Below are positions 13,978 through 23,680 of a stretch of DNA of 64,000 bases, one piece after another. The translations under genes and the position numbers were made by a program. Source of the stretch: Octopus sinensis (Eukaryota); the NCBI RefSeq assembly GCF_006345805.1, contig NC_042997.1, positions 101,866,001 to 101,930,000 of the forward strand, written 5' to 3'. Below the pieces are notes generated by a model, which did no database searches, was not told where the DNA came from, and saw only the letters and a program-made list of their open reading frames with translations. How positions within the stretch are numbered: the first letter of the stretch is position 1; the number at the start of each line of letters is the position of its first letter.

Positions 13978-14413
13978 CCCAGGAATAGCTGCATGGTAAG
14001 AAGTTAGCTTCCTAACCACATGGCTCCAGATTCAGAACATCTGTGTGGCACCTTAGGCAAGTGTCTTCTACTATAGCCCCATGCTGACCAAAGCCTTGTA
14101 AATGGATTTGGTAGATGGAAACTGAAAGAAGCCCATTGTATACATGTGTGAGTGTGTCTGTGAGTATGTTTGTGTCTCCTCATCTTGACATAATGTGATA
14201 GTTGTAAAATGAGTGTCACTGTCATACAAGCAGTGTCATTCATTTGCAATATTCAACTAGAACATGTCTGAGAATGGGGAAATTAAATTTGCCTTGAAAC
14301 AAGTGACAATTCACGACTGGCAGGGCACCCAACGAAAGAAAACCCCTCTCAATAAACTCCATCTGACCTATGCAAGTATGGAAAAGTGGATGCTAAAATG
14401 ATGCTGATGATGA
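13978..14413 (+). mobile_element. tRNA/CORE-type SINE with RTE-derived 3' tail
   Basis: Same head as 12136-12539, central (TG)n, then ...tatgcaagtatggaaaagtggatgctaaaatgatgctgatgatga resembling the RTE terminus. Confidence 0.82.
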
Positions 14414-14516
14414 TTAAAAACTGAACATAAAGAAAATCCACTGTGCTAGATCAACACCAGAGAAATTAAACACTAATGGCAATTTCCAAGTAATAAAATA
14501 TTACCATTATATATTC

Positions 14517-14899
14517 ATGGCACATAAAAGGCACCATTCAAGTGTGATCGTTACCAGCGTCGCCTTACTGGCACTTGTGCCCATGCTAGTAGAGTGCCAA
14601 GAGCACCATCTGAGCGTGATCATTGCCAGAGCAGCTAACTGGCTTCTGTGCTGGTGGCATGTAAAAAAAGATTCAAGTGAGGTCATTGCCAGTACCGCCT
14701 GACTGGCTCCTATGCTGGTGGCATGTAAAAAGCACCCACTACACTCTCGGAGTGGTTGGCATTAGGAAGGGCATCGAGCTGTAAAAACTGTCAGATCAAG
14801 ATTGGAGCCTGGTGCAGCCATCTGGTTCGCCAGACCTCAGTCAAAATTGTCCAACCCATGCTAGCATGGAAAGCAAACGTTAAACAATGATGATGATGA
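14517..14899 (+). mobile_element. 5'-truncated RTE LINE 3' UTR
   Basis: Three ggca.gtaaaaa modules, ccatgctagcatgg hairpin, (GAT)n tail. Confidence 0.88.
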
Positions 14900-15386
14900 T
14901 ATGAGACTGAGAATAGTGAAATATAATCAGTATATGAATAATGGTTTCAGCCCAAGTAATAAGGAGATAACACAATCTTAAAATATTCTTCATGTTATTT
15001 ACATACCAAAACATTCTATTAATATAAAAAGTATATTTAGTGATTCTCAGAAGACTCAAGTAAAATTACAAAAATATACAGCTTTTATATTTTATTTTCA
15101 AACTATTTTAACAGTTAATGCCTTCCTTCTTAGGGAAAAACTTTGGTAAGCACATATGTGCTTAATTTACATATGTATCCAGTTAAAATATTTAGAATGG
15201 GGACTGTGTGTGTGGGGGGGATGCAGCCTTCCAAAAAGAAATCTGGATTTTGTATTAATGAATACATCTTTATTGAGTACATATGATATTTAATGCTCTT
15301 AAATTATTTTTAAAAAACATGTTTAAAAAAATTAGTTAACAGTATTTACATTCGTTGGATATTTGTCCTCATCTTGTTTGTTGTTA

Positions 15387-15430
15387 ACATAACGTTTCAG
15401 CTGATATACCATCCAGCCTTTTTCAGGTGT
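15387..15430 (-). ncRNA. Minimal type I hammerhead ribozyme motif (mutated core CUGAAAA)
   Basis: Minus strand ACAC CTGAAAA A GGCTG gatggtatat CAGCT GAAA CGTT ATGT; inverted copy of 15705-15748. Confidence 0.55.
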
Positions 15431-15704
15431 GTTGGGGAAATTTCGAACCTGGGTTCTCATTCCTAAGGTCTTTTTTGATATTATTATTAGTATTGTTCAG
15501 GTCACTGCTTGGAATCGAACTCGGAATCTTGGGGTTAGTAGCCTGCACTCTTAACCACTACACCATGTGCCCACAGGCATATGGCGTAGTGGTTAAGAGC
15601 GCGGGCTACTAACCCCAAGATTCCGAGTTCAATTCCAAGCAGTGACCTGAACAACATCGAAAAAGACCTTAGGAATGAGAACCCAGGTTCGAAATTTCCC
15701 CAAC

Positions 15705-15748
15705 ACATCTGAAGAAGGCTGGAGGGTATATCAGCCGAAATGTCATGT
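15705..15748 (+). ncRNA. Minimal type I hammerhead ribozyme motif
   Basis: ACAT CTGAAGA A GGCTG gagggtatat CAGCC GAAA TGTC ATGT: core CUGANGA/GAAA, 5-bp stem II, GUC triplet, stem I ACAU/AUGU. Confidence 0.75.
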
Positions 15749-16823
15749 TAACAACAAACAAGATGAGGACAAATATCCATCAAATGCAAATAATGTACAT
15801 AATTCCTCATCTCTTAAATATAGAACTAAATTAGTTAACAGTTTAATTAACTATCTATATTTTCACAATAAATGAAATCACACTTTCCATATGACATTTT
15901 TTTCCTTCATGCAATTTTATTGAATTGTACTTAATTCAATGTAGCCATCAAATACATAAAAAAAACACCAAAAAAACCCAAACAAAAACAAGTTCCTTGT
16001 ACCTGATCTGCAGTATTAATTACTCAGTTAAGTTTGTTGATACATTACTACCCCTCCCCATGACATATATATGATACATACACACATGAATATAAATATA
16101 CATATGTGTGTGTATTTACGTATATATAAATATATATTCCATTTTGTATAAATAAATAGAAATAGGGAGTGACTAGTCATGTGGTTAAGATGCTACTCCA
16201 ATAATATCAAAGTTTAAACTTTGCTAGAGCCAACTATATCAGGCCATTTCGGGAGATAAATTGTCTAACAACTTGAGATAAGCAAAAACACACTTAACTG
16301 TAAAAACACTTGTCTTAGCATGCTAGGTTAGCATGTGAAACATGAAAACCTTTCAACAATATTCAAAACATTTTGATTCATTGCTTTCAAATACGAGACC
16401 TGAATAATACAGATTGTTTGGTTTTCAAAAACATTTTTCAACAGAAGCCTCTAACATACTATGTACAAGTGAATAATATGTACAAAAAATAAATAAATAA
16501 AAGGTTGTAATCATTTAATATTAAGATTTCCATGTTTGCATGGTTCAGACAGAATTTGTTGAGACATATTTTCTAGAACCAGATGCCCTTCTTGTCAACC
16601 TGCACCTGTTTCCATGCAAGGTAATATTTTCCCATAGCTGGGCATGTTTTTCACAGAGGACTGAAAAGGAACTATCTCACCAGTATGATGATGGTGCTCA
16701 CTTACACAAGCATCACATGATATCTAGATAAGGACAAATGCAAACACATACATCAGCAGTGGTGCCCCAGCATGGCCGCAGCCTTCGGGCTGAAACATTT
16801 TTAAGGATTTAAGGACATATATA

Positions 16824-17010
16824 TGAGGGGGTGCTGAAAAGTTCCTGGCTCTGGGTAAAAGAAAATAGATGAGGATTAGTTATTTATGATTTTATTCGAC
16901 ATATTCCCCTCTCACAATCACACAGCTATTGCAGCAGTCCTGTTTGTTTTAAGCCTCCAACCAGGCCTTTTGCGATACCCTTAAAGCCAGGAACTTTTCA
17001 GCACCCCCCA
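16824..17010. mobile_element. Tc1/mariner MITE
   Basis: TA|tgagggggtgctgaaaagttcctggct...agccaggaacttttcagcacccccca|TA; same family as 11916-12133. Confidence 0.9.
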
Positions 17011-17699
17011 TACTCTCTCACTCACACACATACACACTATGGGCTTCCTTCAGTTCATTCTACCAAATTCACTCAAAAGGCCAGGGACTATAGTAGAAGA
17101 CACTAACCCAAGGTGCTGCACAGTGAGACTGAACCTAAAACCACATGGACAGGAATCACACTTCTCAGACACACAACTTTGCCTGCACTTCTAATATTGC
17201 TTTCAGTTTAAAGCAATAGCATAGAAAAAAAAAAGTGAAAAAGTGTTATTGTCCTGAGCAAAAACATTAAGCCACATTTGGTGAGGCTCTGGTTTGGGAG
17301 TTCAGTTTTGGCAAGTATGGAGTTACGCTTTAGTCACCACTACTCAGTTATGCTCTGCCACGGGGTGGTAGTACATGTCAAGGGCCCCAGTTAAGGATAA
17401 AACAGAAGGTAGTTCCGTGGCTAAAGCAGCCAGAACTCAGAAGAGGTCTGGCCTCTAGTCATGTTTCACACAGGTCTATTTTGTGTACTCACAATATCAC
17501 ATGAATCTGTCTCCTTGCCTAAGGATAGGATAAAGTAAGCCTTGATTCTCAAGGATATGCTTGAGAGAGCAGGAGGCTAATAAAGAAACTTACATAATCA
17601 GACAGAAGACACATAGAAACCACAGCTGTAGCTTTCCTATGAAAAATGCTGACTTTGCAGGTTTTGGCATGGAGGTTTATGATGGCAGTCTGTAGGCAT

Positions 17700-18055
17700 G
17701 ACATATTCATCAACATTTGACATCCACTTTCCCATGCTTGCACGGGTCAAATGAAATTTATTGAGGCAGATTTTCTATGGCCCAATGCCCTTCCTGTCGC
17801 CAACCCTCACCAGTTGCCAAGCAAGGTAATATTTCCTATGGTCAGATTTGTTTTATATGAAGGACTGGAAATGAACAACACACTAATCTACAACCATCAT
17901 GTAATATCAAGACAAGGGTATATATAAAAACATACACAAATACCTATATACAGTGGGCTTCTTTCAGATTCTGTCTGCATGGGTCTATAGTAGAAGACAC
18001 CCAAGGTGCTGCACAGTTGGAAAGCAAGCCTCTTAGCCACACAACCATGCTTACA
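17700..18055 (-). mobile_element. Decayed RTE-tailed tRNA SINE
   Basis: Reverse-complement similarity to 13978-14413; similar copies at about 16510-17190 and 18665-19025. Confidence 0.7.
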
Positions 18056-19904
18056 CACATGAAGATAGATAATATTAGCAACAGAAATATCTCAAGTGCT
18101 GTGAAATGCTTTGATACCACTGTGGATTTATGTATTGCAGCAGTGAGCAAACCTACAAGAAATAGTATCTAATTGTTTTTTCAATCTGTACTCCACTATT
18201 TTAATAACTGGATCATAATGAGTAAAGCTAGTCTGAGTGAACTATTTTGTTTATAGATTTTACACATTCCATGAGGGAGTTTTTTCTGTTAATTCCAAGT
18301 GCTTCAGCAATTGAATGCCTTTTGATCACAGGTCTGCTCAACTAGAGACAATTTGGGACAAAGCAAAAAACTGACACAAGGTGGATGAAAAATTATGAAG
18401 TTCAGTTCTTGCAGGGCTTTTATGTTTTAATCAAAGAAAGAAAGGTGGTGCTCATGACTTTTTACATGGCCTTCAAGACTGGTTGAAGAAGGAACTTATT
18501 CTCAGAACAATAATATACTTTAAATGTTTGCAACAGAGTAGACTACACTAAATTAACGTAAGCCAGGAGGCAGTGTTTGACATAATGAGAGGGGTTGAAC
18601 AATAGAAATAGATCTTGAGAGTGGCTAGGGATGGAAAGGCTTTGCATTAAATTATATTCACTATCATAACATTCACTTCTCTACGTTTGCATGGGTTGGA
18701 CAGACTTTATTGAGGCAGAACTTCTATGGCTGGATGCTCTACCTGTTTCCAAGCAAGGTATATTTCCCCATAGTCAGACATGTTTTTGTAGAACACTGGA
18801 AATGAATGGCACTACTTGTATCACAGGGACACTCATAACTATCACACAATGTCAAGACAAAGAGACACAAACATACAGCATACATATGATGGGCTTCTTT
18901 CAGTTTCCATCTACGAAATCCACTCACAAGGCTGTGGTTATCCCAGAGCTACAGTAAAAGACACTCAACAAAGATGCTATATAGTAGAACTGAACCTGAA
19001 ACTTTGTGACTGGGAAGCCATGCATGCATATTATGTAAATAACAGCAAAGGCTGAAATAAAAAAAAAAACCTTGTTCGATATATTACAAACAAAACTTCT
19101 AAAGGTAACATTTGTACAAGAGTAGGCAGAAAGAGCTTTGTACAAGACAGCATTTTTGTTTAAATCATCAAATATTTATTATTCTTCACTATCAACATTA
19201 GAATACCAAGCAGTCATTTTTGATCCATTTCAATTATCAATACACAAAGCATAAAAAAGCATACATAAGCACACAAAAGTTAGCAAGTGGGGCTTTCCTG
19301 ACTTTTGGAACTGTTCCTTTGATGAATTTTATTATTTGATATTTCATGTAGTTTTTTTTAGGATTTGCACACCTATCTAGAAAAACCATGCAGTTAAAAA
19401 TGGTCCCTAATGTGAATGCCTGTGTCGAGTCACTTATAGAAAATGTGATTATGAAGCATATTTCAAACTCTTCCTAAGATAGCTTCTGGAAATCAGAATG
19501 ACTGCAAGAAAATGACAAGGACAGACACTCCATAACTGGCCCTCTCCTAAAACAACAGTAACATTGCCAGATGGACAAGTGTAGGAATAAGTCTCACTTC
19601 ATTTGTCAGACATTCAATAAAGCATGTTTTTGTGCTCACATAAGAGTGAAAATTGAACTAATAAAAAGTGCATCAAATGCACATGAATAGTGAATGCCTT
19701 GAACAGATTTTTATTGATTTTAAGAAGTTACAATGTTTACACCATACATTCAGAATAAATTTCATGTGAGATTTTTTTCATGAGTGCAAGCTGCTTCCTT
19801 GAATTTAAGTAGTCATGAATTATAATGCCAAATGACAGCAAACTGTAAAATAATAAGGTAGAATTGAAGGATAACAATCCCATGGTAAAAAAGAAAAATC
19901 TTAA

Positions 19905-20125
19905 CCCTTTAGTGTTCAAATTACTGTTGAATGTAAAGCTTATTTATTCATATTGTTTTGAATTAGTCATGTATCATCTCATAAATTTGAGATCTTGATG
20001 ATGTTATTGTCTATATTTAGAATGATATTGTAGCAGGGTAGGAGTGAGAGTCTAGATCTGGGCAGTTTGAACATAAAACAGGCAACATATTTGGGCCAGA
20101 TATGGCCAGTTTAAATGCTGAAGGA
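19905..20125. mobile_element. piggyBac-type MITE
   Basis: ttaa|ccctttagtgttc ... aatgctgaagga|ttaa; homologous to the flanks of 4725-5478. Confidence 0.72.
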
Positions 20126-21244
20126 TTAAGGATTATATGGAAAAAATATATTTTAAGAGGTTAGGAGTGGCTCCTTGGTTCCTCTAGATAGTAAAAACGT
20201 ATCTGGAACTTCTAGTGTTAAATAAATATTTTGTATATAATATCAATTTCATTATTAACTAAATACTATGCAAAAAAAAACCTAACCACTCATAATTGAA
20301 TGTTTCTTGCAATTATCAATAGTAATAATGGAAAACTTTACCAAATTGATATCAATTAATGCCATGCTATCTAATAGCTCTAGAATAATAACAGAATTCA
20401 TATGTGTGACATTTGTACAATGCAATGACCCAATTGCTATTGAGAAATATGCTAATTGCTTTTGTTTATGTGTAAACCATTACCATGAAGTGGATACAAA
20501 AAGAGTAAATTCGTGTAAATATGTGCCACTTTCTAATGAATAAATGACACGACTATTATAAATATTTATCAGTGATAAAATAACAGCTATCAATATAAAC
20601 CATTACTTTTAAGATTCTTCAAAATTTTTTTTAAAAAACAAAGATATTTTACAAACAACTTGCACATGCTAGTGCTACCAGTTGAGAACTCCACATATCG
20701 GAAGCCAGCAAGTGTCTGGGGTCATCAGGTGAGAATGCGCACCGTTTTGGGGCCTACCTCTCGAAGGCATCAATGTGCACCAGCCACCCCGCTCACTGAT
20801 ATGAATTTAGTAACAATGTGAAATCATTATTTAAGTTAATGTATTCAATAAATAAATAGTACATTATGAAAGAAAAAAAATTTTCATTTGCATCCTTAAA
20901 TCAAAAATAAACTTTAAATACTTCAGTAAATAAATACACACAGCTGATTGTTTCCTTGGAAACTTGTGATCTCTGATGTAGGTTTATATATTGTTATGCA
21001 TTTAATTGAGGCATAGCAATATATACAAAACAAAAGGGTGATGAACTCCTCAGAGAATTGGTAGAACTTTGTTCTGGCTTTTTACATTCTAAGTTCAAGT
21101 CCTGCCCAAGATGACTTTATCTTTCATACATTCAGCATCAATGAAAAACAGCAAGAGTCAAATAGTGGGATTGATAGTATCAACTTAAACCTCATCCTTT
21201 AAAACTGTTGGCCTTGTACCGGACAGGTATGTATGTATGTGCAC

Positions 21245-21273
<29 letters not shown>

Positions 21274-21275
<2 letters not shown>

Positions 21276-21806
21276 GAAAAAGCAAAACTGAAGCAGAATG
21301 AGTATCTCAGGTTATTCATAATAATTTAATTAAATTAAGGTGAATTTGAAGTCTTACACCCATTTCTGGGATAACCTAAGTGGTGGATTAGCATGTCCAT
21401 GTGCTGGGTATTCCGTCATCAGAGACAAGGTATGAATATTTTACACAGGGAAAATTTACAGTTTACAAGGAATAAAATATATTCAGTTTATAAGGAATAT
21501 CCAGAGAATATGGGTATCCTCTGGAAAAAGAGGAGTGGTGAACATTATTCTCCCACCTGTTTTCTACCTTTACTCTTTATTCTTCTATGTTATTCCTTAT
21601 AAACTGTGAATATATTTTATTCCTTGTAAACTAAATTTTCCATGTCTAAAACATTCATACCTTGTCTTTAATGATGGAATAACCAATGTGTGGAGATGCT
21701 AACCTACCACTTGATTTATCCCAGAAATGGTTTTAAGACTTCACAATTCACCTATTTATTCTAAATGACTTGAGATACTTGTTCTGCCTTAGTTTTGCTT
21801 TTTCCT
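21274..21806. mobile_element. Inverted-repeat element with hammerhead motifs (Penelope-like inverted pseudo-LTR pair) in (TA)n
   Basis: About 225-bp inverted arms (21274-21499 and about 21590-21806) around a spacer of about 90 bp; each arm carries a hammerhead-like core; flanked by TA repeats. Confidence 0.75.
21351..21426 (-). ncRNA. Type I hammerhead ribozyme motif (degenerate)
   Basis: Minus strand GTCT CTGATGA C GGAATACCC...GGTTATCCC A GAAA TGGGT GTA AGAC: canonical CUGAUGA, GAAA, GUA triplet, stem I GUCU/AGAC. Confidence 0.62.
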
Positions 21807-23094
21807 CTAATATATATACCTGCTATAATGGAACCCTAATACAGATCCCTAGATCCAGCCTCAGTTGTGAACTTGGAACCAAATGGACAACCAACTATAG
21901 CACTTACTCAGTGTACCTATTCGTTTTAATCACGTCACAAGTAAACTAAACCCCCTCATATTCTCTCTCTCTCTCTCCCTATGTATATATATATATATAA
22001 AGCAGTATTAGTTTCAGCTAGTCATGAGTCTATCATTTACACATTTATTTATTCAAATGTAATCATCTTAATGATTCAGTTTGATATGCTGATAAGGGAC
22101 AGCCAGGTCTGCTTTACAAGAATGATTCCACTTACTGTCATCTTTTGTTATTTAGTACTTGACTTCAACATTCTAGGTCTAATCTCACATCTTCCAACAG
22201 TTGGTTACACATTCTTGTTTGAATAGGCCATATCTTCCAAATTTCAGTAACATACAACATAGCATATTTTACAGGATAAACAGTCAAAGAAAGCCTTATG
22301 AAATATGAGGAAACAAGAAAAAAATCTCTAACCTGCTAATGTCAGTTTCAGTAGGAATGAACTTCTCAGTTGAAGGAAGTAAGAGTTTCAAAAATGTCTT
22401 TGTGAACTGTACTTCTAAATCAATGATCCAAATATAATTTTTATTATTTGTTGCATCAATCACAACCTTTGTTCCTAGCAAGCTCATTCCCTTAGCTCAG
22501 TTAACTAATATCAACCTTAAATGATGAAATATCCTAAACATCACAACAGGTTTTTCATACACTTTATATTTTTCTATTTCATTTCATGCTCCATTACAAA
22601 AGGAAAGTTTCATCTCATGCTTTCAATTGAATGAGTGCTACCTAAAACACCTGAAGAGGACCACCAAGAAAATGAAGCTTTAATGCATAGCATTGCTAGG
22701 ACCATCAGGAAAAGCAGAAGATGCTTTGCTATATCACCCAGTCAACAAGCCCCTTCCTATCTGCTACTCCTCAACAAAAACGGCTTTGTAATATATCTGC
22801 CGATAAAGCCACTTCATTTGCTTCAAACTTCACACATACACATCATAAAGTGGGCAAATATTTATCTGTTTATTCATTATGCTGAGTATCCTTTCTATCA
22901 TGTTCAAAGTAGATGCTAGAGGTTATCTCCAAGCCTCACTACACTCCTCTTCAATCTGTTTCCTTCTACAAAGATTTATCACAATATTAAATCACACTGC
23001 ACTGTCTTATTCCCAAGAGAAGAAAACCACCAACACTTCCAGCTTATCAAAGGTGTTGGAAACCACTGCAAACAACCACCTCTTTATCACCATC

Positions 23095-23527
23095 CTCTCT
23101 CTCCTCTATTTATATTACGGTTCTTCTCGAACCCCGAAGTTCCTAGAGGTTCAGTAATTTCTGTTGCAGAAAATTCCCTACGATAACTTAAAACCTGTTG
23201 TTCCTTCGTCGTTATTCCTTTCCCCAAAGATACCCTAAATTCCCTACGAAATATTTTCTCTCTCTCTTATTTATATTACGTTCTCCTCGAACCCCGAAGT
23301 TCCTAGATGTTCAGTAATTTCTGTTGCAGAAAATTCCCTACGTATTAACTTAAACCTGTTGTTCCTTCGTCGTATTCCTTTCCCCAAAATACCCTAAATT
23401 CCCTACGAAATATTTTCTCTCTCTCTCTATTTATATATTACGTTCTTCTCGAACCCCGAAGTTCTAGATGTTCAGTATTTCTGTCGCAGAAAATTCCCTA
23501 CGTATTAACTTAAACCTGTTGTTCCTT
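23095..23527 (+). repeat. About 160-bp tandem repeat, about 2.7 copies, immediately 5' of the RTE ORF
   Basis: The unit motif tattta(ta)tattacg recurs at 23107, 23268 and 23428; units differ mainly by 1-2-nt indels. Confidence 0.92.
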
Positions 23528-23680
23528 GGAGGTGACCCCGCCCTCCCACCCATCCACCAGAACCGAAGTTTCTGTTTTCTATCTTTCTTGACCCCCCCCC
23601 CCGCACCCCTGTAGGGTTTATTGTGATCATATAGCGCAAAAACTTTGAAATTTATGCAGGTTGTAGTCTAGAGTCTCAGT

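Larger units (their letters stand above)
15344..15827. mobile_element. Palindromic non-autonomous retroelement: two head-to-head tRNA-headed units, each with a Penelope-type hammerhead
   Basis: Arms 15344-15571 and 15576-15792 are inverted copies; 15-bp TSD aaattagttaacagt at 15329-15343 and 15828-15842; A/B boxes at 15582-15636; hammerhead core at 15705-15748. Confidence 0.85.

Noticed and set aside
15576-15648. Functional tRNA gene
   Set aside because: A/B boxes are present but the acceptor and anticodon stems pair poorly, and it is part of a TSD-bounded repeat; treated as a SINE head.
19380-19800. Possible coding exon or transposase remnant
   Set aside because: Looks vaguely coding, but there is no sustained open frame, splice pair or motif I can identify.
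20670-20730. U1 snRNA similarity (tgacccc, atgtgg, ctcaactg on the minus strand)
   Set aside because: No ATACTTACCTG 5' end, no loop I/II motifs and no Sm site; the resemblance is too patchy.
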